Shown here: in pieces, positions 11,043 through 22,100 of the stretch | Numbering within the stretch: position 1 is the stretch's first letter | Layout of the letters: each line of letters begins with the position of its first letter | NCBI GenBank assembly: GCA_018061645.1 | Contig: JAGOTT010000001.1 | Span: 1,090-65,089 of the forward strand | Reading direction: 5' to 3' | Source of the DNA: Candidatus Moraniibacteriota bacterium | GTDB lineage: Bacteria; Patescibacteriota; Minisyncoccia; Moranbacterales; UBA1568 | Length of the DNA stretch: 64,000 nt | Program-made: the position numbers and the translations under genes | The notes under the pieces: generated by a model | The model's input: only the letters and a program-made list of their open reading frames with translations | Databases searched by the model: none | What the model was told of the DNA's origin: nothing

Positions 11043-12488
11043 ATGATAAGAGAGCTTCACGAACAACTCAAGAATAAGGAAATTTCCGCGGTTTCGCTTG
11101 CGGAGAAGCATCTTGCGATCATCAAGGAAAAGGATGACGAGTTCGGCGCGTTCCTTACGGTGCTTCCGGATGAGGCGCTTCGGGCGGCGCGGTTCGTCGA
11201 CGAGAAGATTGCGCGCGGCGAGCCAATCGGACCGCTTGAGGGGATTCCGGGGGCGGTGAAGGACAATATGTGTATGGAGGGGACGCGGACGACCGCCGCT
11301 TCGAAAATTCTCGATAGCTACATCGCGCCCTACGACGCGACTGCAGTCCGGAAGCTTAAGGAGTGCGGTGCGGTCATACTCGGAAAGACGAACATGGACG
11401 AATTCGCCATGGGGTCGTCGACCGAATCGAGCGCGTATCGGAAGACGAAAAATCCGGTCGATCCGGAGCGTGTTCCCGGTGGCTCGTCCGGTGGTTCGGC
11501 AGTCGCGGTCGCGGCGGATATGGCGGTCTTCGCGCTCGGGAGCGATACGGGTGGATCGATCCGCCAGCCGGCGTCGTTCTGCGGTGTGGTCGGGCTCAAA
11601 CCGACGTATGGACGCGTGTCACGGTACGGGTTGCTCGCGATGGCATCGTCGCTCGATCAGATCGGCCCCTTCGCCTCATCCGTCGAGGACGTGGCGATCG
11701 TCTTTTCGGAAATCTACGGATACGACGGAATGGACGTGACGACGGCGGAAAGCGAAGGAAAACGGTTCGAGGACGGCCTTACGGGCGATATACGGGGACT
11801 TCGCATCGGCGTACCGAAGGAATATTTTTCCGAGAATCTCGATGCGAAGGTGCGGACGGTCGCGGAGGCGGCACTCGAGCGGTTCAGGGAGCTCGGCGCG
11901 GAAATCGTCGACATATCCCTTCCGCACGCCAAATACGCGCTTCCGGCGTACTATATCATCATGCCTTCGGAAGTGAGCTCGAACCTCGCCCGGTTCGATG
12001 GGATAAAATACGGGCTCTCGATCAACGACCAGGCGGAGCGCGTCCCCGGGTCCGGAACGCTGCTTGAAACGTATCTCGACAGCCGAGGATACGGATTCGG
12101 CGATGAAGTGAAGCGGCGCATCATGCTCGGGACATACACGCTCTCCGCCGGGTACTATGATGCGTATTACAAGAAAGCGCAGGCAGTCCGGAAGCTCATC
12201 AAGAAGGATTTCTCCGACGCGTTCAAGGATGTCGATGTCATCTTTTCGCCGACGGCGCCGGAGCCGGCGTTCAAATTCGGAGCGAAGACGGACGATCCGC
12301 TCAAGATGTATCTCTCGGATATCTATACCGTGACGGCGAACCTTGCCGGTGTTCCGGCGATTTCGTTCCCGATCGGAACGATCGAGGAAGAAGGGAAGAA
12401 ACTTCCGCTCGGTGGCCACCTGATGGGAGAATGGTTCGACGAGGAGACGCTTCTCCGTGCGGCGGACGCCTATGAAAAATCAAAATGA
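11043..12488 (+). CDS. gatA: Asp/Glu-tRNA amidotransferase subunit A (amidase signature family)
   Basis: 481 aa. GGSSGGSAVAVAA amidase signature with Ser-cisSer-Lys triad context. Confidence 0.9.
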   Translation: MIRELHEQLKNKEISAVSLAEKHLAIIKEKDDEFGAFLTVLPDEALRAARFVDEKIARGEPIGPLEGIPGAVKDNMCMEGTRTTAASKILDSYIAPYDATAVRKLKECGAVILGKTNMDEFAMGSSTESSAYRKTKNPVDPERVPGGSSGGSAVAVAADMAVFALGSDTGGSIRQPASFCGVVGLKPTYGRVSRYGLLAMASSLDQIGPFASSVEDVAIVFSEIYGYDGMDVTTAESEGKRFEDGLTGDIRGLRIGVPKEYFSENLDAKVRTVAEAALERFRELGAEIVDISLPHAKYALPAYYIIMPSEVSSNLARFDGIKYGLSINDQAERVPGSGTLLETYLDSRGYGFGDEVKRRIMLGTYTLSAGYYDAYYKKAQAVRKLIKKDFSDAFKDVDVIFSPTAPEPAFKFGAKTDDPLKMYLSDIYTVTANLAGVPAISFPIGTIEEEGKKLPLGGHLMGEWFDEETLLRAADAYEKSK

Positions 12489-12574
12489 AAGGGTCAAAAT
12501 GAAAAATAGCGGGATTTTCCGATAGCGGACTCGAAAAATTTTCCATTCTGATATTTTCCTTTTACACTATCATC

Positions 12575-13102
12575 ATGTCCCCCGATCATTCATCCACGAT
12601 CGCCACCGTCGTCGCGATGTTTCAGGCCATCCAATCATCCGCGCTTTTCACCGCGCTTGTCTGGTTTCTCGGGCTGTATACGCTCGTCCTGTTCGCGGAT
12701 ATCATCATGCTGCTCATTCTTCGTGATATTCCGAGCGATCTCAAGAAAACGCTTTACGGGGCGAAGCGGCCTATCGTGTCGCAGTCGAGATTTCAGAAGC
12801 GATGGAGCGGCATAGAGGCGCGTCTTTTGACGGAGAATCCGTCACAGTACAAGGCGGCGGTACTCGAGGCGGATGCGCTCGCCGAGGAAATGCTGGCCGG
12901 GATCGGGGTCGGGGGATCCAATATGGGAGAGCGGCTTGCGGCCGTCCGCGAAGGGCAGATCGTCAGGCTCGGGGAGCTTCGGGAGGGGCATATGATGCGG
13001 AACCGGATCATCCAGGATCCGGCATTCGCGCTTTCCCGGGAAGAAGCCGATACAACGCTCGAAAAATATCGGAAATTCTTTGATGAACTGGAGCTTTTTT
13101 GA
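12575..13102 (+). CDS. Hypothetical membrane protein
   Basis: 175 aa. Two N-terminal TM helices, then a soluble domain. No recognisable motif. Confidence 0.45.
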   Translation: MSPDHSSTIATVVAMFQAIQSSALFTALVWFLGLYTLVLFADIIMLLILRDIPSDLKKTLYGAKRPIVSQSRFQKRWSGIEARLLTENPSQYKAAVLEADALAEEMLAGIGVGGSNMGERLAAVREGQIVRLGELREGHMMRNRIIQDPAFALSREEADTTLEKYRKFFDELELF

Positions 13103-13192
13103 GACGGTCACTCAGGCAGAAACGATGTCGGACAGCCGTCCTGAAGGACGGCATTGACAGCAGCTGGAAATCCTGGTACTCTCGTGATATGC

Positions 13193-13219
13193 AAAAGCCC
13201 TGGAAAGGCTTTTTTTAAC
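13193..13219 (+). terminator. Candidate rho-independent terminator
   Basis: AAAAGCC-CTGGAAA-GGCTTTTTTT upstream of secE. Confidence 0.4.
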
Positions 13220-13230
13220 AGAGAAAGATT

Positions 13231-13416
13231 ATGTCGAAAGCGGTCGAATTTCTGAAGGAAGCGAAAGCGGAGCTTGAAAAGGTGAGTTGGCCGACGAAGG
13301 AACAGATCGTCAGGAACACGCTCATCGTCATCGGTATCTCGATCGCGACCGCACTGTTTCTCGGGACGCTTGACTACGTGTTCAGCCGTCTCGCGGAACG
13401 GTTCCTGTTCCAGTAA
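13231..13416 (+). CDS. secE: Preprotein translocase subunit SecE
   Basis: 61 aa with a single TM helix. Conserved secE-nusG-rplK-rplA order. Confidence 0.8.
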   Translation: MSKAVEFLKEAKAELEKVSWPTKEQIVRNTLIVIGISIATALFLGTLDYVFSRLAERFLFQ

Positions 13417-13434
13417 ATACTCATCATTTTTCGT

Positions 13435-13980
13435 ATGGCAAAGCAGACACAGCATCATGGGCGCGCGTGGTACGTCCTTCACACATATTCCGGATATGAG
13501 GACAATGTCTCACGGAATCTCAAACAGCGTATCGAATCGATGGATATGCAGGATTATATCTTCGATGTGCTTGTTCCGAAGGAGAAAAAAATAAAGATCA
13601 AGGCGGGGAAGCGCGTCGTCATCGAGGAGCGCATCTATCCAGGGTATGTCCTGGTCGATATGATGGTCACGGATGCCTCGTGGTACGTGGTTCGCAACAC
13701 CCCGAACGTGACGGGCTTCATCGGACTCGGAACGACTCCGACACCGGTCGACCCGAAGGAGATCGAGGCACTCAAGAAACGGATGGGAGTCGCGGAGCCG
13801 AAGTTCAAGGTGGACGTGAAACAGGGCGATGCCGTCCAGGTCATCGACGGACCCTTCAAGAATTTCGAAGGAAAAGTGGCTGAGGTCGACGAGGAGAAAG
13901 GGAAGCTCAAGGTGCTCGTTTCGCTCTTCGGTCGCGAGACTTCGGTGGAGCTGGATTTTCTTCAGATAAAGAAGGCATAA
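13435..13980 (+). CDS. nusG: Transcription termination/antitermination factor NusG
   Basis: 181 aa. NGN domain (WYVLHTYSGYE) and C-terminal KOW. Confidence 0.9.
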   Translation: MAKQTQHHGRAWYVLHTYSGYEDNVSRNLKQRIESMDMQDYIFDVLVPKEKKIKIKAGKRVVIEERIYPGYVLVDMMVTDASWYVVRNTPNVTGFIGLGTTPTPVDPKEIEALKKRMGVAEPKFKVDVKQGDAVQVIDGPFKNFEGKVAEVDEEKGKLKVLVSLFGRETSVELDFLQIKKA

Positions 13981-14074
13981 TCTTTCAGAATAACCAATAA
14001 CCAAGTGCCAATAACCAAGAAGACATTTTCCTGATTTGGATGTTGGATTTTGGTGATTGGTGATTCATACGAGT

Positions 14075-14497
14075 ATGGCAAAAGCGATAAAGACGGTCAT
14101 CAAGCTGCAGATCCCCGGAGGGAAGGCGAACCCGGCCCCGCCGGTCGGCCCCGCGCTCGGTCAGCACGGACTCAATATCCAGGGATTCTGCATGCAGTTC
14201 AACGAGGCGACGAAGGATCGCATGGGCGACATCATCCCGGCGGAGATCACCGTCTATGAGGATCGGACGTTCACGTTCGTGCTCAAGACGTCTCCTGCGG
14301 CGGAACTCCTGAAAAAGGCGGCGAAAACCGAGAAGGGTGCGGCGAATCCGCTCAAGGAAAAGGTGGGGACGGTGACGATGGCGCAGGTACGCGAGATCGC
14401 CGAGGCGAAGATGGAGGATCTCAACGCGAACGACATCGATGCTGCTGCGAAAATCATCGCCGGAACCGCCCGGTCGATGGGAATCAGAGTCGAGTAA
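14075..14497 (+). CDS. rplK: 50S ribosomal protein L11
   Basis: [35 protein letters not shown]. The ORF-track start at 14057 is a TTG. Confidence 0.9.
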   Translation: MAKAIKTVIKLQIPGGKANPAPPVGPALGQHGLNIQGFCMQFNEATKDRMGDIIPAEITVYEDRTFTFVLKTSPAAELLKKAAKTEKGAANPLKEKVGTVTMAQVREIAEAKMEDLNANDIDAAAKIIAGTARSMGIRVE

Positions 14498-14595
14498 TTG
14501 CAGAATGCGGATTTTTGATTGAAGATTTTTGAATCATAAGTCATTATTTGTGGGAGCCCGAGCGAAGTCGAAGGCGTTATCACCACGACAATCCT

Positions 14596-15285
14596 ATGAA
14601 GCACGGAAAGAAATATCGCGCGATAGCGGAAAAGATCGACCTTACGAAGGAGTATGAGCTTGCGGAAGCGATCGATGTTCTCAAGGCGAACGCCGGAGCG
14701 AAGTTCGATGAGTCGGTCGAAGTCCATATCAAGCTCGGTATCAACGCGAAGAAGACGAACGAGCAGGTACGCGCGACGGTGGTTTTGCCGCACGGTACAG
14801 GGAAAGGCAAGCGTGTCGCGGTCGTGACCGAATCCGCGGTGAAGGAAGCGGAGAAGGCGGGTGCGGTATTGGTCGGCGGCGAAGACATCATCACGGGAAT
14901 CAAGGAAGGAAAAATCGTCCCCGGATCCGCGTTCGATATCCTGCTTGCGACGCCGGACATGATGCCCAAGCTCGCATCGGTCGCGAAGATCCTCGGTCCG
15001 AAGGGGCTTATGCCGAGTCCGAAGAATGAGACGGTTACGATCAAGATCGCCGATGGCGTGGAGATGCTCTCCAAGGGAAAGAAGGCGAGTTTCAAGAACG
15101 ATGACGGCGGGAATATCCACCAGGTCATCGGGAAACTCTCGTTCGAGGCCGCGGCGCTGCTTGAGAATCATGCCGCTCTTTTCGAGACGGTTTCCCGACT
15201 GAAGCCTGAAGGCTTCAAGGGCCGATTCGTAAGATCAGTCACGCTCGCGTCGACGATGGGCACCGGAATCCGGGTCAAGGCATAG
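14596..15285 (+). CDS. rplA: 50S ribosomal protein L1
   Basis: MKHGKKYRAIAEKIDLTKEYELAEAIDVLK... L1 fold. Confidence 0.9.
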   Translation: MKHGKKYRAIAEKIDLTKEYELAEAIDVLKANAGAKFDESVEVHIKLGINAKKTNEQVRATVVLPHGTGKGKRVAVVTESAVKEAEKAGAVLVGGEDIITGIKEGKIVPGSAFDILLATPDMMPKLASVAKILGPKGLMPSPKNETVTIKIADGVEMLSKGKKASFKNDDGGNIHQVIGKLSFEAAALLENHAALFETVSRLKPEGFKGRFVRSVTLASTMGTGIRVKA

Positions 15286-15384
15286 CCGGAACTTCGAAAA
15301 ACAGGCTCTTATCGGCCTGTTTTTCATTTGAACGGAAGCCGGGGGCGTGATACAATGTCCGGAGAAGCGATCAATCAATATCCA

Positions 15385-16011
15385 ATGCATATGTCGGAAA
15401 AACAAGGGAAAATAATCATCGGCATCGCGGGAGAAATCGCTTCGGGGAAAGATACGGTATCCCGGTACTATCAGAAGAAACATGGGGCGAGCATGTACCG
15501 GTTTTCCGACGTGCTTCGGGATATCCTGAGGCGCCTTCATCTCGAGGAAAACAGGAAAAATCTCGCGGCGTCGTCGCTTATGCTCCGTGAAACGTTCGGA
15601 GAAGACATATTCGCCCGATCGATCGCGGAGGAGATTGAGAACGATGGAAACGACCTTATCGTGATAGACGGCGTGCGTCGGAGCTCGGATGTGAAAAGCA
15701 TCCAGGGGCTGCTCGGTTTCACACTCCTCTATATCAATGTGGACCCGAAGCGTCGGCATGAACGGATGACGAGCCGGGATCAGAACGCGGATGACACGAC
15801 CAAGACATTCGAGGAATTCCTTCAGGACAGCGAACTCGAATCCGAAACGGAAATCCGGAAGCTTGCGGAAGAGGCGGATTTCACGATTGACAACAACGGA
15901 TCACTTGATGAGCTCTATGTTCATGCGGACGCGCTTCTCGCGAAGCTGCGTGAGAGCGGACGGAAATCCTCAAGGCATGAGTGGTCATGGAAATCTCTGT
16001 GGAAGAAATGA
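15385..16011 (+). CDS. P-loop nucleoside/nucleotide kinase-like protein (dephospho-CoA kinase / dNK superfamily)
   Basis: IIIGIAGEIASGKDTVS P-loop, small kinase size. Precise family not resolved. Confidence 0.45.
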   Translation: MHMSEKQGKIIIGIAGEIASGKDTVSRYYQKKHGASMYRFSDVLRDILRRLHLEENRKNLAASSLMLRETFGEDIFARSIAEEIENDGNDLIVIDGVRRSSDVKSIQGLLGFTLLYINVDPKRRHERMTSRDQNADDTTKTFEEFLQDSELESETEIRKLAEEADFTIDNNGSLDELYVHADALLAKLRESGRKSSRHEWSWKSLWKK

Positions 16012-16012
16012 T

Positions 16013-16435
16013 ATGCATCTTCGGGTGAAAAAAATCGTTCCGGAGGCGAAGCTGCCGACCCGTGCCAAGGAAGGCGATGCCGGGGTCGATCTCTATTCGG
16101 TCGAGTCGTGTTCGATCGCTCCTTCGGAGCGTCGCGCAGTGCGGACCGGCGTCGCGATGGAAATCCCTCTCGGATTTGTCGGTCTCGTGTGGGACAAATC
16201 CGGTCTTGCGGCGAAAGGCGGAATAAAAACCATGGGTGGCGTGATCGATGCCGGGTATCGTGGGGAAATTCAGGTGATCCTTTCGAACCTTGGTGACGAA
16301 ACGCATGTGATCGCTGCCGGTGATAAGATTGCGCAGCTCCTTATCCAGCACGTCGAACTGTTTCCGGTCGAGGAGGTCTCGGATCTGTCGGATTCGGAGC
16401 GCGGCACGGACGGGTTTGGCAGCACCGGCAGGTAA
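16013..16435 (+). CDS. dut: dUTP diphosphatase
   Basis: About 140 aa. Motifs AGVDLYS, GLVWDKSGLA, IDAGYRGEI, RGTDGFGSTG. Confidence 0.85.
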   Translation: MHLRVKKIVPEAKLPTRAKEGDAGVDLYSVESCSIAPSERRAVRTGVAMEIPLGFVGLVWDKSGLAAKGGIKTMGGVIDAGYRGEIQVILSNLGDETHVIAAGDKIAQLLIQHVELFPVEEVSDLSDSERGTDGFGSTGR

Positions 16436-16438
16436 ATT

Positions 16439-16500
16439 GCTTCATTGTTATATGGTTGCATTGTTGGAAGAAACAAGTTCTTGTTTTCAACAATGAAGCA
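16439..16500. terminator. Long AT-rich hairpin between dut and gatB (GCTTCATTGTT...AACAATGAAGC with nested GAAACAAG/CTTGTTTC)
   Basis: 11-bp outer stem plus 8-bp inner stem. No clean T-run, so the terminator role is inferred. Confidence 0.4.
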
Positions 16501-16532
16501 GTGCGGCAATGTAACAATGTTATCATGGAGCC

Positions 16533-18005
16533 ATGAAATATCTACCAGTGATAGGAATGGAGGTGCATGTGGAGCTCCGGACGGAGTCCAAGATGTTCTG
16601 CTCATGCAAGAACGGTCGTGGTCTCGAAAAGGAGCCGAATATCAATATCTGTCCGGTGTGCACCGGACAGCCGGGGACGCTTCCGACGCCGAACCGCAAG
16701 GCGATCGAATCCGTCCAGCGAGCGGGACTGAGCTTAGGCTGCTCGCTTCGTCTCAAGTCCAAGTTCGACCGGAAGAACTACTTCTATCCGGACCTTCCGA
16801 AGGGATATCAGATTTCCCAATACGATGAGCCGTTCTGCGAGAAGGGGAAACTCGAAATCCGTCCCGGAAAGACCGTGGACATAACCCGTATCCACATGGA
16901 GGAGGACACGGGGAAATCGACGCATCCGCTCGGCGCGGACTATACGCTCGTCGATCTCAATCGTGCCGGAGTACCGCTCATGGAGCTCGTGACCGAACCG
17001 GATATCGAATCCGCCGATGACGCGAGGCTCTTCTGTCAGAAACTTCAGCAGATTCTCCGTTACATCGATATTTCCGATGCGGATATGGAGAAGGGACAGA
17101 TGCGGTGCGAAGTGAACATCTCGGTCCATCCGGAAGGAACAGAAAAACTTTCCGGCACCAAGGTGGAGGTGAAGAACCTCAATTCGTTCAAGTCGGTCGC
17201 GGGAGCGATCGACTATGAGATCAAACGGCAGACAGCCGCTCTCGAAACCGGAGAAGCGCTCGTGCAGGAGACCCGCGGGTGGGACGAAGGGCGACAGGCG
17301 ACCGTTTCCCAGCGCAAGAAGGAATCCGCGCATGACTATCGCTACTTCCCGGAGCCTGATATTCCACCGTTCTCGTTCACGCCGGAGTATGTCGAGGAAC
17401 TCCGCGGGGCGCTTCCGGAACTGCCGGATGCCAAGATGAGGCGATTCCGGGAGTCATTCGGTCTTTCGGAATCCGATGCGGCGCTACTGACCGCGGAACG
17501 CGAGTTCGCGGCGTACTATGAGGCGGTCGTGTCCGAGCTCGGCGAGAAGGGCGACGCGCACGAGGCGGACATGCCGGAAGGGAAGGCGGAGAAACTCGCC
17601 GCGAACTATATGATCACCGAGCTGCGTAAGCACTTCTCCAAGACCGGGGAGAATATTTCCCATATCCGGATCACGCCGGAAAATTTCGCGGAATTCATCG
17701 CGATCGTCGCGTCAGGAAAGATCAATTCGAGCGCTGCGCAGACGGTGCTTGAGGAGATGTATAAAGGCGGCGACAACGATCCGTCGCATGTCGTGGAACG
17801 GCTCAATCTCGCACAGGTGAGCGACGAGGGTGAGCTCGAGACAATCGTCGACACTATCCTTTCCGCGAACACTCAGTCCGTCACCGATTTCAAATCCGGG
17901 AAGCAGAACGCACTCCAGTTTCTCATGGGTCAGGTCATGTCGGCTACGAAGGGAAAAGCGAATCCGAAAATCGTTTCGGAAATCCTTACAAGGAAGCTTT
18001 CGTAA
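16533..18005 (+). CDS. gatB: Asp/Glu-tRNA amidotransferase subunit B
   Basis: 490 aa: MKYLPVIGMEVHVELRTESKMFCSC... Confidence 0.9.
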   Translation: MKYLPVIGMEVHVELRTESKMFCSCKNGRGLEKEPNINICPVCTGQPGTLPTPNRKAIESVQRAGLSLGCSLRLKSKFDRKNYFYPDLPKGYQISQYDEPFCEKGKLEIRPGKTVDITRIHMEEDTGKSTHPLGADYTLVDLNRAGVPLMELVTEPDIESADDARLFCQKLQQILRYIDISDADMEKGQMRCEVNISVHPEGTEKLSGTKVEVKNLNSFKSVAGAIDYEIKRQTAALETGEALVQETRGWDEGRQATVSQRKKESAHDYRYFPEPDIPPFSFTPEYVEELRGALPELPDAKMRRFRESFGLSESDAALLTAEREFAAYYEAVVSELGEKGDAHEADMPEGKAEKLAANYMITELRKHFSKTGENISHIRITPENFAEFIAIVASGKINSSAAQTVLEEMYKGGDNDPSHVVERLNLAQVSDEGELETIVDTILSANTQSVTDFKSGKQNALQFLMGQVMSATKGKANPKIVSEILTRKLS

Positions 18006-18990
18006 TCCATTCGATGCCAAGGCCGTTCCGCTCGAGGCGGCGGAGGAAGGTGAGTTGGCGTTTTGCGTAGTGTTTGGATTCCTTGAGGAGCTTCATTTCC
18101 ATGTCCTCGCGTGATATTTTCTCCTGGAGCAGGCGGGTGCACCACCGGTATTCGAGACCAAATCCTTCGAGTCTTTTCCAGGAAACGCCTTCGTTGTGGA
18201 GGCGTTTTACTTCTTCTACCATACCTTGTTTAAGCCTTTCTTTGAGTCTTTTTTCGATGCGGGCGTGAAGGATTTCCTTCGGGGGATTGAGAGCGATGAT
18301 ATGAATTTTGTCATCGCGAGTTTTTTGATTCTTATCAAAAGACGTGGCGATCCAGGAATTTCTGGATTGTTTCGTCGAAGACTCCTCGCAATGACGGCCG
18401 AGAGAGGGAACCTTTCCCAGAGTTTCTATGATTTCCAAGGCGCGGATGAGGCGGACCTTGTTTTTCGCGTCGATATTGGCGGTGCGCTCGTGGTCCTTTT
18501 CTTGGAGCATTTTGAACAATGTTTCGACGGAGAGCTTGCTGAGTTTCGCACGGAGCGCTTTGTCCGGTTTCACTTCGGGGAATGACGTGCCGAGGAGGAG
18601 TGCCTCGACCCAGAAAGTCGTGCCGCCACAGAGAATCGGAACCTTGCCGCGCTTCTCGATATCGGTGATCGCCTTTTTCGCGTCGCGGAGAAAGTGTGTG
18701 ACATTGTACTCGCGCTTCGGGCTCGCCACATCGAGCAGGTGATGCCGGATGCCTTCGGAAAAAAATAAGTCTTTATCCCGCCGTTTGGTATTTGTAATTT
18801 GTAATTTGTAATTTCCGGAAAAATCCCTCGGGATTTTTCCGGTACCTATATCCATTCCTCTGTACACCTGTCGTGAGTCGACGGAGATGATTTCGCTGTC
18901 AACCTCCCGCGCGAGCCGTATCGCGTAGTCGGATTTTCCGGAAGAAGTAGGACCAAGTACCGCGATCAATTTTTTTGAAGAGGTTTGCAT
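17986..18990 (-). CDS. miaA: tRNA dimethylallyltransferase MiaA
   Basis: Internal Met start MQTSSKKLIAVLGPTSSGKS (P-loop). Contains an in-frame (TTTGTAA)x3 tract at 18791-18811 encoding GNYKLQITNTK. Confidence 0.85.
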   Translation of the reverse strand: MQTSSKKLIAVLGPTSSGKSDYAIRLAREVDSEIISVDSRQVYRGMDIGTGKIPRDFSGNYKLQITNTKRRDKDLFFSEGIRHHLLDVASPKREYNVTHFLRDAKKAITDIEKRGKVPILCGGTTFWVEALLLGTSFPEVKPDKALRAKLSKLSVETLFKMLQEKDHERTANIDAKNKVRLIRALEIIETLGKVPSLGRHCEESSTKQSRNSWIATSFDKNQKTRDDKIHIIALNPPKEILHARIEKRLKERLKQGMVEEVKRLHNEGVSWKRLEGFGLEYRWCTRLLQEKISREDMEMKLLKESKHYAKRQLTFLRRLERNGLGIEWITKASL

Positions 18991-18994
18991 GCTT

Positions 18995-19130
18995 GGAAAG
19001 CACAAAATTACAAAACACAAAAATCCAAACAAATCACAACTTTCAAAACACAAACTCGATTTTTCTGCGTTTGTATTTTGTGATTTGTGCGCTGTGTTTT
19101 GTTTGGATTTTTGTGCTCTGAGCTTTGTGT
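18995..19130. repeat. Intergenic inverted array (CACAAAAATCCAAACAAA.. / ..TTTGTTTGGATTTTTGTG), roughly 50-bp imperfect arms
   Basis: Arm 19000-19050 versus 19085-19128, approximately reverse-complementary. AT-rich A/C-only, then T/G-only composition. Confidence 0.5.
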
Positions 19131-19132
19131 TT

Positions 19133-22100
19133 TCATGACGCTATTCGTTCCACTCCCTCGATATCCTTCAGGCGTTCCAATAGCGCATCATCGGGGCTGA
19201 CGGAAAACGATGTCCGTATTTTCGTGTCGTCGACGGAGACGAAGATTCTTGTGTCACCCGTCGGGGCATTCTTCAATATTTCGGAGATTTTGTCTATGGC
19301 TCCCGGTCCCTTTTCCGTATCAAGGAAAATCGTCATGATTTTTTCCGTTTGGCTTTCGATGTACTGTTTTTTGTTGACTGCTGGCTGCTGACTGTTTTTT
19401 CGCATCGCTTGCGCGTTCCGGAACCGGTTCACGTCCTCTTCGGAAAGTGGCGTGACGGAATCGGTGATGACTTTCGCTTCGCCGTCGCGACGGGAGATCT
19501 TTCCGTCCACGATGACGATACCGCCCTCCTTCCAGAATGCCTCGGTCTTTTCCGCGATGCGGGGAAAGATGACGAGCTCCGTCCGCCCCGTCAGATCCTC
19601 GAGCCCGATGAAGAACATCGGCGCTCCGTTTTTCGAGATGATTTTTTTTACGGTCGCGATGACGCCGCCGAGTCGCACCGATATCTCGTCGTCCTGGTTC
19701 GCGATTTCGCGGATCGGCAGGGTCGTTTCGGCGAGATAGGAGGCGTATCCGGAGAGCGGATGATCGGAGACATAGAGTCCGAGAAGCTCCTTCTCCCAGT
19801 CGAGCCGCGCCTTTTTCGTCGCCGGAATCGCCGGTTCGAGACGCACCTTCGGTTTTTCGAGCGAGAGTTCGCCGAAGAGGCTCACCGCGTGCGTTTCGCG
19901 GACTTTCTCGACGTTCTTGGAGAAGTAGAGGATATTGTCGAGGTTCGCGAGAAAGAGGCCGCGCTCACCGAACAGGTCGAGCGCGCCGACTTTCGCGAGC
20001 GCCTCGAGTGATTTCTTGTTGAGATCCTTCGTGCGGACGCGTTCGAGGAAATCCTCGAGATCGCGGTATCGCCCACCGGCTTTCCGCTCGCGGACGATCT
20101 CTTCCGCGGCGGGACGACCGACGTTCTTGATCGCGTTCAATCCGAAGCGGATGCGTTCCTTCCCGGCATCATCCGGGATGACGGCGAAATCCTCGAAACT
20201 TTCGTCGACGGAGGGCGGGAGGGTTTCGATGCCCATCTCCTTCGCCTCGGTCAATTCGATGGCGATGCGGTCGGTATCGTGTTGGTCGCTCGTGAGGAGT
20301 GCCGCCATAAATTCCGCCGGGTAGTGCGCCTTGAGATAGGCGGTCTGGTAACCGATGAGAGCATAGCAGGCGGCGTGGGATCGGTTGAACCCGTATCCGG
20401 CGAACGGTTCGATGAAGTCGAAGACCTTTTCCGCGACCTTCTGCGCGACACCCTCGCCCACGGCGCGGTCGATGAACTTGATGCGCTGTTCGGCGATGAG
20501 TTCCTTGATCTTCTTGCCCATCGCCTTGCGGAGCACGTCCGCTTCGCCGAGGGAGAACCCGGCGAGGTCGCGTGCGATCTGCATGACCTGCTCCTGGTAG
20601 ACGGCGACGCCGTAGGTGTTGCGGAGGATCGGCTCGAGTTTCGGATGGAGATATTTTACCGTCTTGCGGCCGTGCTTGCCGTCGATGAAGTCCGGGATCC
20701 AGTCCATCGGACCCGGGCGGTAGAGGGCGACCATCGCGATGATGTCCTCGAAGACGGTCGGCTGGAGCTGTTTCAGGTACCGTTTCATGCCGTTCGATTC
20801 AAGCTGGAAGACGCCGGTCGTCTTGGCTTCCTGGAGGAGACGATAGGTGTTCGGATCGTCAAGCGGGATGCGGTCGAGAACGTCGGACGGGGAGGCGTCT
20901 CCCGGGAGACCGAGCCGTTCCGCCAGTCCCGGGAACTTGCCGAGTGCGCGGATGATCCGGATCGCGTTCTGCATGATGGTGAGGTTCTTGAGTCCCAGGA
21001 AGTCCATCTTGAGGAGACCGATCTTCTCGACGACGCTCATTTTGGTCGACGAGGCATACTGCGTCACCATGCCGTCCCCGTGGCCGGAGACGTGCTGGAG
21101 GGGCGAGTAGGCAACGACGGGGTCCTTGGTCACGACGACGCCGCAGGCGTGGACGGAGGCGTGGCGCGCGTTGCCTTCGAGCTTTTTCGCGGTGTCGATG
21201 ATACGCTTCGCGTCCTTGTTCTCCTCGTAGAGTTTCTTGAGCTCCTGAACCTCCTCGACGGCTTTTTCGAGCGAGGTGAACATCGGGATCATCTTCGAGA
21301 TCTGGTCGCAGAAGGAATAGGGGAACCCGAGCGCGCGACCGGTGTCGCGGATCGCCGCTTTCGCCGCCATAGTCCCGAAGGTGATGATCTGCGCGACATG
21401 GTCCGCGCCGTATTTCTGCCGCACATAATCGAGCACGTCGTCGCGGCGGTCGTCGGCGAAGTCCATGTCGACGTCCGGCATGGAGATGCGTTCGGGATTC
21501 AGGAACCGCTCGAAGAGGAGGTCGTAGGCGATCGGGTCGAGGTTCGTGATTCCGGTGAGGTAGGCGACGAGCGATCCGGCCGCCGAGCCGCGGCCGGGAC
21601 CGACGACGACGCCGTTGTTCTTCGCCCAGTTCACGAAGTCCGCGACGATGAGGAAGTACGACGCGAAGCCGGTCGTCCTGATGACGTCGAGCTCATAGTC
21701 GAGGCGCTTCCGATACCCTTCATTGACAGAGGTGTTCCCGAAGCGTCGCGTGAGTCCCTTCTCGCAGAGCGTCCGCAGGTATTCCTCGGCGGAGAGTCCG
21801 TCCGGCACGTCGAAATGCGGAAGCTGTGTTTCGCCGAGATGGATCTCGACATTGCATCTATCGGCGATTTTCTTCGTGTTCTCTATGGCTCCGGGGAAAT
21901 CCTTGAAGAGCCGCTCCATCTCTTCGGGAGAGCGGAAGGAAAGGTCGAGATGCGTGAGTCGCGGGCGTCCCTCCTGCTCGACTGTCCAGTTGTTCTGAAT
22001 GCATATGAGGATATCATGCGTGTCGCGATCCTCCGGATGGAGGTAAAAGACATCGGCTGCGGCGACGAGGGGGATGCCGGTCTCCAGGCTCATCTCCCGG

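Noticed and set aside
13102-13231. tRNA-Trp upstream of secE, as in many bacteria
   Set aside because: No cloverleaf or GTTCGAAT-type T-loop in this spacer; only simple hairpins.
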